From Pelomyxa schiedti (taxonomy: Eukaryota > Protista > Evosea): a stretch of 64,000 bases of DNA. This document shows positions 37,530 through 49,966 of this stretch, piece after piece (position 1 is the first letter of the stretch; each line of letters begins with the position of its first letter). The position numbers were made by a program, and so were the translations under genes. The notes under the pieces were generated by a model, which was not told the origin of the DNA, searched no databases, and saw only the letters and a program-made list of their open reading frames with translations. Location of the stretch: NCBI GenBank assembly GCA_020536535.1, contig JAHLWZ010000853.1, forward strand, positions 10,090-74,089, read 5' to 3'.

Positions 37530-38043
37530 ATGCTTTACAACTCCATTGGTGTTCCATCCCGTCTATTTAGACTTCTACCGGGTTTGGTGCCCCTTCTATA
37601 AGAATAACCTTCACATATTCACAAACTAAGTCACACCAGGACATCCAAATCAACTTAATGACGAAAACTATGGAGCACCTCCGTCCGGAATTGCAATTAT
37701 CCACTGCGCGGCGTGCAACGTAGCAGTTCTGCGGGGATTATGGGACGAGCACATCAACTCGGTCAAGCACCACAACCACACCCACCCAATGGTCTCCAAC
37801 ATCAGCAATGCACCTTTGGTTCCGCCGGGAGATGGAATCCAACCACCCGAAGTGGAATTCGAGATGGACGAGGAGCTCAAGACGTGGGAAAAATCTGGGA
37901 AGCGAAAGCTGGGGGTCTGGGAGGGCAGCCACTGGGGAAAAAAGGCTGAGCAAGAACTGGCTCAGTGGAGTGCTACTTTGCAGGATGACAGAAACAAAAT
38001 GGAAGAGGAGGCCAAATACATTGCACCACAGGAATTGTCCTGA
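37530..38043 (+). CDS. Small protein with a single U1/matrin-like C2H2 zinc finger
   Basis: IHCAACNVAVLRGLWDEHINSVKH (C-x2-C..W-x2-H-x5-H). One intron near 37582-37639; the start is tentative. Confidence 0.55.
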
Positions 38044-38178
38044 CACCAGAAAAAAATTGTAAAGTTTTTTTTCCTGATAGGACACAGTCCACTGCTTGAA
38101 TGGGTGTTTTCCTGAGAACCTCGAGAGATCATGAAAAAAAGTGAGTGGCTTGTTTTCCAAGCTACAAGTAATCGTGCT

Positions 38179-40722
38179 TTAGAGTGATACAAATATTTTT
38201 TCTCTCCACATTATGTAGGATACTATGACCCACGCAGAGACACAAGTTACATTCTCCAACATTTTCCACCAGTGTGTTGGATCAGGAAGCTTGAAGGCGA
38301 ACGGGAAGTAACCACTAAAAACCTGAAAAGAGCGTAAGTTCCGGTGTGGAAAAGACAAGAAAAGGGATTACCTCAGAAAGGCAATACATGGATATCGAAT
38401 TCATTCCCATGAATAAGAATGGTTCTCCTTCCCATAACTTCAGTACATCTTGCACAATATAGCACACAGTAAGGCAAATGTTCGCTCCTCCAGCAAGTGC
38501 TAAAACAAAAGATAGGCTCCACAGGTTTTTGTTTACTGGAATTGGACCGCCATCCCTCCGGCCCAGGCAAAGAGCAGTTGCAATAGAGCCAAGAACAATT
38601 CCCCATATCAACCATCTGCTTATTCGTTGGGTATCTGTTTGGAATGAATCAGGTTTTTTTTTATCTGTTGTGGTGTTGTACGATTTTTGTAATGGGTGAG
38701 AATGCGCCCAGCCTGCAGACCCAAATAGCACATTAAAAACGATGTCAAGTACCCAAGGATGCCCTCTGCAAGAAATCAGTGTTTCGTGAATGAGAAGAAA
38801 TTTGCCTGGGTCATAGGGACCAGTAATATAAATTAACCTAAAAAAGGTTGGATGTTACAAACAGAAATGAAAAATTTATACTTGCAGGTAGGCCATTGAT
38901 AAATCTGGGAGGGAAAACATTTGAGAAGGAAACAACGAAAGGGAGAAAGCGTACATGGTCTTTTCCCAAGATAAGGCGATCAATATATCCAGCAGCTCCG
39001 CCAGTACAATTCTTTTTCATCCCTAAATCTCCCAATAGGCCGCCAGCTCCCAAGTAGCCTCGGCCACAGCCTGGAACATCCAGAAGAAAAGTAACCAGTA
39101 GCCAAATCTTTCGGGTTAGTTGTTAAAGAAGAAATGAAAATTCGTGAACTCACCGTAACAAATATAAGAATGATTAACCACTGCAGGGCATAAGGTAAAA
39201 TATCGGAAAATGGCTTCTCAGTTTCTGAAGGTGCTCTGGCAGATTGTTGAAGGTTCAGAGGTTCTGTTTGTGTCTCCCCAAGCAAGGGTTCCGATTTCTT
39301 TTTACGGAAAGACAGTGGTAATGCAGGAACAAAAACAGCAATGCATGACACTACAAAGAATGTCAAGCCAAATCTCTGTAGGACACCTGGTATTCTCCAG
39401 TTTTTGTAATCATATCTACAAAGGATTCTCAGTGATTTTACTGTAGAAGAAACAGTACCCTGGGAAGAAATTAGTGATTGATCCTGATAGTGTTTATCTT
39501 ACCATTATTCAGAAATAGGCCTAAGCAGAATAACTTCAATGATCGGATAGTAATTTTTTTAAGTAACTCCAGGTAGCTTGCCTTTCTTCTTCTGAAGGAC
39601 AGAGCCATGGATGTGCCCATTAGAAAAACAAACCTACAATTGTCGGAGGGGAGCAGAATCGTTGGTAGTAATACCAAGGGAAAACTAAATCTGCTACTGT
39701 GAGTCCATTCCATATCTTTTTTTGGAGTAAGAACGAAACTCGGGCAAAAAACCTCTTACAGAGTGGTGCATATACCAGTACCCTCCCCCTCCAGCATTAA
39801 CAAATATCATAATTACAAGTGAAATTCCTCTGTGAAAAAACCCATTAAAAACCCATTATTGGGAAACTCAAAACCTAAATGTATCAATGCTCCCAATTCT
39901 GTCAACAGCAGGTGCAGTATCAGAAGGGGATCCTGAGGAGATGTTTACATATTTATTGCCCACCAACCTTGTTTTTAGGTACCTGAAGTGGAACGCTTCC
40001 GTTTTATCCAGTAGGTTCGGAAAACTAAAAATGCTTGCCATAACACAAAGAGGAAAATTAACCCCTGCCAATAGTGAGGAAAGGCTTGAAAGGATAGTGG
40101 TACCAACAAAAATACAATCTCAGGAATCCAATTTTTGTGAGGTGAAACGTCTTCAGTTATAGTCATCTCCCACGAACTGCTGTTAACAAATAGGGTATAA
40201 ACACCCCACTCTCCAAAGTGATACCTAATGGCATAAGAACAGAACTAATATTAAGGCAATGGACCGTATAGAGCTACGATAGTTTTCATCATTGTCATAC
40301 ACTGAGATATTCATTCCAACGCGCGTTTGTATAGGGTGAAAGTACTACAGTGATTGAGTGATACGAGCAAGATTTTTGGAAGCATTTCTCCATTATTCGG
40401 CTAGTAATAAACACTATGAGCTTAGACTCACATCTTCTGTTTCACCTGACACGCGCCTCTTCAGTAGCTCAGGCGAGCAATTATAGCACTCATCCAGAAC
40501 GTTGTAGTAATGTGTTATACCCCTTCCCGACACATACACCCGTACCTTTATTTTGATTTTGGTTTGTTTTTTTTAAACCATATTATATTAATACAATAAT
40601 TGAACCTTGCAAGTGTCCATGGGATAGTCTGTGGGGTCTGTCGTGTTGGGGTCGGGCAGAACTCCCCCCAAGACACCCATAATTGCCGCTCCCCATAGCA
40701 ACGCAATCCCTGTGCACTTCAT
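38179..40722 (-). CDS. HGSNAT: Heparan-alpha-glucosaminide N-acetyltransferase (HGSNAT-like)
   Basis: Signal peptide and luminal domain; [45 protein letters not shown]-type region, [49 protein letters not shown]. Confidence 0.9.
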
Positions 40723-40919
40723 CCCCAAACTACCACTGCACCAGCTTGTGATTTTTTTTCTGACGGTTCGCCGATTCGGAAGACACAGATCACAGATGAT
40801 CAAACGAACACGAAAACGCGATGACGAAGGGCCGTGTAGTCACGCCGGCTTGTTTCGTACCGACTTGTGTTGGCCAGTGATATTTGTTGCAGTCCCACAA
40901 GTTGGTTGGTGCTACGATT

Positions 40920-41876
40920 ATGACGAGGATAAGAATAGAAGCTGTTGCTGTTGCTTTTGTTTGTTGGGGCGTCGGCAAGGTTGTTTGTGGTGAGTCAATA
41001 ACGATGGAAGTGCCACCTCTGTCAACAGAGTGCGTTGGTGCCACAGTCAAAGTGCCTGTATGGCTGTCTTTGTTGTTCCACATGATGTATTCTACATATA
41101 CTTACTTTCCATAATCACTATAGGGGTGACTTTGTTAATGTGGCTTAAACAGAGTGGAGAACGTATTGTTGATATTGAATGGATGGTTGTGAGGGGCGGG
41201 CTGCTGGATATCCACGTGAGAGTATGTGGCAAACTCTCACCCTGGGCCAAACCACAAAAATAAAACACTGGCAACTAGTTGCGAATATCGAGTTTGTTGT
41301 AATGCACAACTAAGATGACTGTCAATGATGTGATACTGTACAACAGAATGCACTTTGAAGGCCAAGATATGGGAAAGCGTACTCTGACTCTGGACCAGGA
41401 CTCCACTATTTCTGTATATAATCCCCCTTCTTGAACCACACCTTCAATTTCTTGGGATAATTTTCCACCAGGTTTGCTTTGGAAACACCATGGCTCGATT
41501 TACCAGCAAAGTAGTGCGCCTTACTTCAAATGCCAAAGACGAAGATCCCGAAAACCTATCACCTGAAACTGAAGGTTTTTTCCCGGTTATAATTTTGAGC
41601 CTTATCTTTCTTTCAGAGTTACATGGTGTTACAAGAAAAGTCTGTGACTCAGTAGATAGGCTCTTAGAATCGATTCTCAAACAAAAAGCTCCGCAATCAT
41701 TGGAATTTTTTAGTATGCAAAACCAACCACAGAGAAAGATCCAACCATTTTTATGTACAGATGCAATATCTTTAGGGAGGAAAGTGACTTTCTTTGGGGC
41801 CGTTTTGACAACCGCAATAGTTGTGTTCAGTGTTGTCCAAGTCTATGCCATAAAAAGCTTTTTTTCTTTCAAGTAA
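40920..41876 (+). CDS. p24/emp24/gp25L (TMED) GOLD-domain cargo receptor
   Basis: Signal peptide, ITMEVPPLSTECV, VVRGGLLDIHVR, VCFGNTMARFTSKVV (GOLD), coiled coil, RKVTFF..VVQVYAIKSFFSFK* (TM plus di-Phe tail). Confidence 0.82.
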
Positions 41877-41901
41877 CCAAAAAAACCTCTACATTTTATT
41901 T

Positions 41902-43908
41902 CTACAATATTTCTTTCATTCCTTCTATGGCCAAGGCTATCCATGTTGGCCAGTCCTCTAAAGAAACATTTTCTGCCATTGCTCGTTCAAAAAGGGATTC
42001 TAAATCCACAGAAGAAAACCTGTTTGATGATGAGTTCAGAATTCCTTATTGCACTGATACAAACCACCCACAAAGAGCCCCCTGGATTTTGGCAGCCCTC
42101 CCAAGGGCGGCGAAATATTTCTTCTTCACTTCAGGGAGTGTGTTGTTGTCGTCAACCTTTGTTTTATTGTTGGTTTGTTGGGAATGAGTTACATTGGGAC
42201 ATACATTTGAAAGAACTCGAGAGCTTGGAGAGGCAGCATCTATTAAGGGCTGTGGGAAGAAGGTTAGTATGAAGAAAGATAGTGAATCGGTGGGCATGCA
42301 GTGGGGTGTGCTGCGACAGATTGCCCTTCTGTGTGCCTTCCAGCTGAATGCTTTTCGGGAGTGCTATCTGATACAGTGGCTTCGGTGATGCTTGCATTGG
42401 TTCCATTAGTTCCAAGTGTATTCACTACAGTTCGGTCATTATTATCAAGCCTAGCTTGCAAATTGGCAACTGTTTCTGCCATCTTCTCCTTCTCGGTAAC
42501 TATAGAAGCCAGACTGCTTGTGAGTACCGCTTTCTCCTTCGAAATTTCGAGGAGAGTGTGTTGGTATTCTTTTTCCTTTTGCTGTAACAACTCTTCTGCA
42601 TGAGTGGCACTAAACTGGTCAGATTTGGTGAGTGGGATGTGGTACCTGGCCGTGGAGCGTGATTCACTTGCTTTTATGAGTTCTAATTGCTCTCTAATGA
42701 TTGTCAAACATGCAAATCCGGGATCAATACCTTAGGGCATTTATTTCTGTTGTCTTGTCTCGTTCAAGTGTGTCTAATTGTATTCTGCTTAAAACGTTAA
42801 TTTGCTTGTTGTGTCCAGTTAAATCTCTAAAAACCTTAAATCATGGGAACTGCTTTCTGCAGCTGAGCCCCTATTGCGAAAATCACTATTTTCAATCCCA
42901 AAACTCGGGAAACCTGGATACAGAAGTATCTGTATGGGCCAATTGTTCTCTTTGCGTGTGTAAGAGAGGAATTGGCAGATTAGTGGCCAAGAAAAACAGT
43001 ATGAGGAAATCTACTTTAGTTTGGTTATTTCTGTTCTTTAGAACAATCGGTCAGGGAAAGGAGGGAATCCAAATAATGTGTTAAAATTATAAAGGTGGGA
43101 GAATTACTTAAGTGAGTTGATTTCCTCAGTCGAAGATTTCGTCAAGTTGGCAAGTAGATCCCTATCCAAGGTAAGACTTAATTAATTTTAACAAGGAAAT
43201 ACTTGAGCATTGCCACTTCCCTGTCTTTACTTGCCTAAATATTTCCCATGACTTAAAATAATAAAGTGATAATTGGACTGACCATTGCCGATTGAATTCT
43301 ACCAGAGCCATACTCAGATGCCTTCAGGGACAATTCTTGGATTGAAGGAATCCTAAAGAAGTATAAGGAAGACAGTAAATTCTGTGACAAACAAAACCAT
43401 ATTCGGAGATCAGATTCAGAAAGTGCCTTCATTTTAAAGGTTCTTCCAGTTGTTGTAACTTCAAACTCAAGGTTTTCCTTTGGCCAGTGTCATGAAAAGA
43501 GAATGGATTGATAAAGAACATTGAGGTCCTTGACAGACTCTATATCACGCAGGTCAATTCTTCCTTGTGGCTTCCGTTCTGTTTTTTCATGGGTGTTTTT
43601 TTGTTATCGTTGGCAAAGCTATGGAAGTAGATAATAATGAATTCAAACTCACTCACTTTCTGGAGAGGTTGTGTACTCCCAATAAAACATCTCGGAAACG
43701 TAGAACCACCTCTTCTTATATGCAGAAAGGGGATTTTCACCCCGTTTGAACAACCATCCCTTTAAAAAAAGGTTTGCAGGAAGGAAAAAAGCTACCACTG
43801 ACTAAAAAATAAAAATAAATAACGCACAGAAAGCTCCTTTATCAAAAGCGCCTGGACTTGAGGCTCCAGGTCTTGTCCCTTGGACTTATGGGATGACAAC
43901 CTCAACAT
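41902..43908 (-). CDS. PH-domain coiled-coil protein with a conserved-looking C-terminal helical motif
   Basis: GWLFKRGENPLSAYKKRWFYV..FEVTTTGRTFKMKALSESDLRIW (PH), long heptad region, C-terminus KKKYFAALGRAAKIQ..DLESLFERAMAENVSLEDWPTWIALAIE..*. The start is tentative. Confidence 0.7.
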
Positions 43909-44299
43909 TACCAACCAGTCACTGACACCAAGAGAAAGAAAATAACGGAAACAATGATTGATGGGTTGATTGTCGTGATCAAATGGAAGTTCCGAGTTCC
44001 GAGTTTTTCACTACCTGAGTTGCTTAGGGACCACGAACCGTGTCTTTTGCTTCACTCACATGCACAAAACCAGAGAAGAATCCGATGGTTTTGGTGACTG
44101 TTGTCTCAGGATGCATGGTGTATTGAGGTTGATGAGTGGTTTACCCCACTCAGATTATACATTGCCTTCACCAAGGGACCCTCAGAAATCTAGTCACATT
44201 TCTGGTTATCACCTGCCTAATTACAAACCACCATCACTGTGATCAGTGTTGTGTGGAGTGTTGTGGTTTGCTGTGATGTTTTTGTGTGATATGACGACA

Positions 44300-46636
44300 A
44301 CATAAAAGTGGCCCCAGGATTAAAGGAAGGATCGCAGGCAAGAAGGTGGCACTCACACTGGACACAGGGGGCAACATTATCCATCCTGGACGAGACGACA
44401 TTCAGGTGGTTACGGACCACAAGGGACGACATCACCAGATCACCATGGTGTAGCAGAGTTGCAGGAATCGGGGGACGAGCGGCAGCCACGGGCTGCACCA
44501 TAGTACCCTTGCACGCGTGGGCAGCGATTGCAACACGAGTTTGTACCATGCAAGGATGCCCTGTTCAAGTGCTGGTTGGGATGGATTTACTGGGCAAACG
44601 AAAGGCCGAGCTAAACATCGCCGAGACGCATACAGTGTGGAGACTGAATGAAGAATTTTGCAGGTCCGGCAGGTTGTGGAATCAAGTCCGCCTTGATGGC
44701 TACAGCGGACTGCTACGTAAAGCCAGGTGACGAAGGCGCAGTGGCAATCAAATCAAACAGACCACAAGGCATTAACATGGATGCAAGACCAGGCAACCCA
44801 CAGGGAAAGTTGCACACTGGCAGATGCTACCAGACGACTATGGGGCAATAGTGGAATTCAGGCCTGGAAAGGAGTCGTGGAACGTGGATGCACTCAGCAG
44901 AATACCCGAGAGGGCTCTCATGATAGTGGCCTTGGAGGATAGGCTCATATGGTGGAGGGAGGCCCAGGCTAAGGACAAGGACTGCCAGGCGCTGTTAGCA
45001 TGGATAGGAGGCAAGAGCCTACCTGAGAGGCTGAGGACCGGGCTCAATCGCCACGATTTCGTCACTGAGAGCAACGTCTTACACCGGGTGCAGGCAGATC
45101 CCTTGAAGACCAGGGCAACGAAGGCTGTGGTGGTGCCCAAAGAACTACGCCAACAAATCAGGTTGATAACCACAACAGCATTTTCGCAGGACACATGTCA
45201 GCACCATACACACTGGAGAGGATACGGCACCACTTCTGGTGGCCAGGAACGAGGGCCGACATAGAGGGGTTCTGCCAGGGATGTCACCAGTGCACAGTTG
45301 CGAAAGCAGCAGCAAGGAAGGACTTAGCACTAGGATATCCACTACCAACCAACCTGGGGACACCATGAGTTTGGACTTCGTGGGGCCCCTTAGGGCCACA
45401 AGGCGAGGGAACTCTTATATTCTCGTGATGATCGACCACCTCACTGGGGATGTTGAGCTCAAGGCCACCAGGCACCCAGATGCGGAGTCCGCTGTTAGGG
45501 CTCTGGTGCACAGTTGGGTGTGCCGGAAAGGAATACCGAGGGTGATGATTAGCGATCGAGGCACCCACTTCACCAACAGGATCATGACCGGGCCATGCAG
45601 TATGCTGGGGATTGAGCAGAGGATGACAACGCCTTACCACCCTCAGGCCGATGGTAAGACCGAGCGGTACAACCGCATACTCGTGGGATGAGCTACTACC
45701 GATGCTGGCGTTCGCGCACCGAACGGCGATTAGTCGAACGACAGGGTTCTCCCCCTTCTATCTGCAACATGGACGGGATGCCAGGACGCCAGGTGCGTTG
45801 CTCGACTACAGCGGGGCTGGAGAGGCCCACAGGCAGGCGGAAAAACTGACAAGGAGGGTGTGCGAGGCTTGGAAATTGGCCCAACGGACAGCAGAGTTGA
45901 CGAAGCAGACATGGGACTCCAGCCGCAAACCGCACATTGAGCACTGGAACTAGGGAAACTGGCAGATAAGTGGAAGGTACCATATCACATCACAGACATC
46001 CCAGTAAAGGGAGCCACAAGATTGGAATCCTTGGAAGGGGAAGTGTCACAAGCTTGTAAACCTTGGGCAACTCTGCAAGCACCGCGGGAACATAGCCCCA
46101 ATCCTAGGAGGGGGGGAGAAGGGGCAAAGGGACAGCAGGGACTTCGTGAAGGAGGCCCCACCAACAAATAACAACTGACACACAAAAAGAGGCCAGCAGG
46201 CACAGAGCCAGATACCAAGGGAAGCCAAGCAAAAACAAAGCCTGAAGTTGAGGCTGTGGTGGGAGAGAGATGGAAGAGTGATGGGAAGCAATATTTAATA
46301 AAGTGGAAAGATCAGGACGAAAAGTACAACACGTGGCAGTATGAGGACGACTGTGCAGGCTGCACAGCACTGATTGAGAAGTTCAGGGAAGAGTGATTGA
46401 AGAGGAGACACTGAGGGAATCACCAGCGGCTATGGCTGGTAGCTCTAAGAGGGGGAATGTGTGGGCGCACCACTATGACTAGACTCTAGACTGAGGACCC
46501 AACCTGGCTCAAGAGTCAAGAGATCTGCTGTGACGGCAGTTAGCACCTGCACACGGACAATAACCAGAGAAAAAGAAGAAGAATAGATACCCAAAGTTAT
46601 CCCTCTTTATTGCTTAGAAGGCCCCGGATTACTACA
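44300..46636 (+). mobile_element. Degenerate Ty3/gypsy chromovirus LTR retrotransposon (protease, RNase H tail, integrase, chromodomain; RT absent)
   Basis: LDTG(frameshift)ATLSIL..LVGMDLL protease; YGAIVEFRPGKESWNVDALSR; H..GH..C..C zinc finger; DFVGPL, ISDRGTHF, YHPQADGKTERYNRIL; chromodomain EVEAVV..QYLIKWKDQDEKYNTWQYE. Frameshifts and stops throughout. Confidence 0.9.
46447..46636 (+). repeat. Polypurine tract and putative 3' LTR
   Basis: AAGAGGGGGAA (46447-46457) is directly followed by TGT at 46458. The end at ..TACTACA (46636) is tentative. Confidence 0.5.
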
Positions 46637-46867
46637 GTTGGGAAGACATGGCGATCAGGTGATGTCAGAAGCGTAGCTTAGAGCCAAGAAATCGGCAAAA
46701 AACAGGGTTTTTTCGGAGTAAACTCCGCATAAGACAGCGGAAAAAGCTCAGGAGAACACGATCGGGAGTCACCACAACCTATTGCTCTCGAAGGTGGTGG
46801 GTGCAAGTTTTTTTGTGGTGTTGTTTTCTAAGATTGTAGTGAGGTTTTTTTTTACTGTGGGCACACA

Positions 46868-48220
46868 ATGAGCCAAAGCACTTCCTCCCCAAACAAGAAA
46901 GACCACCCAAACCAGCATCCTGTCTGGTTACCTAAGGAGTTGCATGACACACTTCAAAAACTTGTGGGGAAAGGACATGTGACCTCAACAATGCTGTCTG
47001 CAGTTCAACAATCACTCCCCTCTGCATCCAACAACAGCGACTCAACTTGTGACAAGCTGTTGCAAGCAAGGTGCATTCGTTGGTTGTCAACTTATGTGAG
47101 TTACCTGAAATTCTTGCCATTTCTCATGTATGATCATGGTTTTGTTCTTTCGTAACCATTTTATTTCTTTCAGTTGTGCACAACTGGTAAAGTAATTACT
47201 TTGGAGCAACTTCCAAGTAGAAGTGACATACCCAATATCAATGCTGCCCTGGCTGAATTGGATTTCCAACACTTTGCAGCCAATTTGAAAGGGGTTACTA
47301 CCTATCATTTACTCATGGATGAGTCCAAGAGACGCTGTCAGAGTTTCACTCCTGTGTTCATTGCATACCACTCTGCTGTGGAGAATACTACAGTGTGCAA
47401 AGTGCTGAGTTTCTCTTTCACTCCACGCTGCTCAGCTGAAGAACTGGCAGAACATGTGAGTTGGTTTGGCCTCTGTACCTCCTACCACAGTTATTGGGGT
47501 CAATGAAAAGGGGTCATTCAAGCGCTCAATAAAAAGCCCTAATGCCAATGTAGTGGCAATGTTGTATCACATTTGGTGGATTTTGCATAAAGGAATGAAC
47601 CCCTCAGAGGCCATCTCTCAATTTCTGCATTGGTGTCACAACCATAAGTTAGATCCCCCTGATGAAACCACCATTCCCCTTCCTCTGGCCACTTGTTGGT
47701 TGACTGTGCTAAATGCTGTTGTATGGGTTGAGCAAAGGATTCCACAAATCCAAGGATTTCTAAAGTATATTAATGACCAGCAAGCAACTGCTGTACTTTG
47801 AGGTAGACTTGCTATGCCATGAGAGCTTGGTTACAGAATCCTATACTTCAAGTGCAGCTCTCTCTCCTTTCTGAGTTTGCTCCTTGAGCACAATTTACCA
47901 GCATCATTCAAAGCCCATCTTCTCCCTGCACAGGTATGTATTACATATATACCTGTTACCATCCCTGTGTTAAAAGAGTTTTTGGGTGTACTTTTGGCAA
48001 GACCAGTTAAATCAGATGTCTGCAGATTTGTCAACACACTTTCACAAAACTGATAAGTTGTCTCCCATCAATACCAATGATGTGACACTTGGTATTGATG
48101 TGGCTAAAGCTTTCCTGGGAGCATACAAAGCTACATTTGCTCATTACTTCCAAAAGTGGACAAGCTTTCCCCAAGCTGTAACTGCATTAGGAGATGACCA
48201 CCACTGTGCTACTTGTAACA
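46868..48220 (+). pseudogene. Decayed hAT-like DDE transposase remnant
   Basis: YHLLMDES..VFIAY..CKVLSFSFTPRCSAEELAE (first catalytic Asp region) and PLATCWLTVLNAV (TRW-like motif). Several in-frame stops and frameshifts. Confidence 0.55.
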
Positions 48221-48318
48221 CAGCCCGAAAAGCAGCTTCACAACACTGTCAGGATCACTTGACACCTGAAACTCCCTTTATTGATCCTCATCCCCAAGTG
48301 TCTCTGCCTGTCCCACAG

Positions 48319-48390
48319 CCTCAAATTACATCAGCTGTCACACAATCACCTCAAATGACACCAGCTGTCACACAGCCACTTCAAATCCCA
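48319..48390 (+). repeat. Short ~30-bp tandem repeat (about 2.3 copies)
   Basis: CCTCAAATTACATCAGCTGTCACACAATCA / CCTCAAATGACACCAGCTGTCACACAGCCA / CTTCAAAT. Confidence 0.7.
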
Positions 48391-48722
48391 CATACCTCCC
48401 AGGTCCAGCAGCCCTTCCAGCTTGCCACAGTTCAGGCCTCTTCCTTAAGCAGTACCGTAATTCTGTCAGTGATGGTGCCTGAGCCTTTGCATATGGAAGA
48501 AATCCCAGCAGGTCCTGCTCCACAAGTCAAAAAAAAGAGGTTCCACAAGGTGGTTAATTCACACTGAACCCACTCAACCCACACAAAGACACTCCCAACA
48601 ATTTCACAAAACACCACCCCCAAAACAACATCACACACGTTCCTGGCACAGAAACAACCACCATTGGCCAATGGTTATGCTAGAGAGTAAGCTTTTGTAA
48701 TAATACCTTCTGTTCTTTCAAC

Positions 48723-48880
48723 ATGCTCCAAGGGGAGACTACATTACAAAAGGCACTAAGCACACTAACTACACTGGACATCAATGGAACCAACTTTCAC
48801 ATCACAAGGGAAATCATGATATTAAAACAAGGCAATCAATCAGTACAACAATATTATGAGAAGTTCATCTTTTCCTTGTG
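48723..48880 (+). mobile_element. Retrotransposon gag-like fragment
   Basis: REIMILKQGNQSVQQYYEKF matches the retrotransposon gag LxQGxxSVxxYxxxF motif. Confidence 0.45.
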
Positions 48881-49368
48881 CATTCTTACTTTGATCAGTC
48901 AATGTACAACTGTGGTCATTGTCATTGTAGTACTTGTCTGTGGTGGTGATCTCCATAAGATCATCCCTTGGCACCACTTCTTCTTCTTCATCCACATCAA
49001 ACCTGCCTAGGTTGACATGTTGCATGACACATGAGTTGTCCTACCTCTACCATTTTATTCGTCCTGCTCTAACAGTTAGAAACAAGTAAGATGAATAATG
49101 TCTTTCTATTTGACTTTGGCCACAATTAAACAATTTTGGTTCTGCTTAAGAGCATGTAACTTTTCTTGTGTGGTGGTGCAGTGTTCTGTGGCTAACATCA
49201 TTTGGTGATGCCATCGTGTCTTGGTATGATCATTGATGTCAGTGCCAACACACGTGTGTGTTAGCTTATCCAAGGCTTGGTTCCAGATTGAGGGAGGGGA
49301 TGCCTGGGGTGTTGAGGTTCCTTACTAAGTTTTGCTAGTTGTTTGTGTTGTGGTCATGGTGATGTTGA

Positions 49369-49451
49369 GTTTGTGGTGCAAACTCCCACCTATTCTGTGG
49401 GAGAAGATAGGTGGGATGGAAACAGAATAGGTGGGAGTTTGCACCACAAAC
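49369..49451. repeat. Perfect 30-bp inverted repeat (hairpin) with 23-nt loop
   Basis: GTTTGTGGTGCAAACTCCCACCTATTCTGT (49369-49398) and ACAGAATAGGTGGGAGTTTGCACCACAAAC (49422-49451). Confidence 0.9.
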
Positions 49452-49966
49452 AGCAAGTCTGCATCACAGCCTCATCATCAACATCATGTGTAAACAAGCT
49501 TTAGCTCTATGGTGATTGATTCTAATCCATTCCAACCTTTGTTCTTTCTGAAACAACCAGGCAAATGTTGTCCTCACCTCTATGGGTCAGGAAAGTTCAC
49601 TCTTTGAAGAGAAGGTTTGGATGAGCACTGAACTGCACAACCGATGTGGCCTGTGAGTATGACTGCAAGCACATGTAAGGTTGTTTTGCAAAACCAATGG
49701 TTCTGGATTTGATTCCAAAAAGTCTACTTCTAAGTCTGTTTTCCCTTGGTCTCAGCCTTCCGCTTTTAGTCACCGACCAAAACAAGAATGTTGATTTTCG
49801 ACGAAATGGTGCTTCTTTTTGACGAGACTGCATTCTTCAAATCTGCTCCGGAGTTTTGGACGATGAAACCGCGAAAAGGTACTTGTGGGTCGCATTTTTT
49901 TGTTGAGACAATCAATCCGCTTGTTTATGCGAAATCAGCACTTTCCTCAGAAAAAGAGTTTTACAG

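Noticed and set aside
41753-42272. Plus-strand ORFs downstream of p24
   Set aside because: They are antisense to the last exons of the minus-strand PH coiled-coil gene.
43950-44300. 5' LTR or primer-binding site for the gypsy element
   Set aside because: No sequence matching 46458-46636 is visible upstream.
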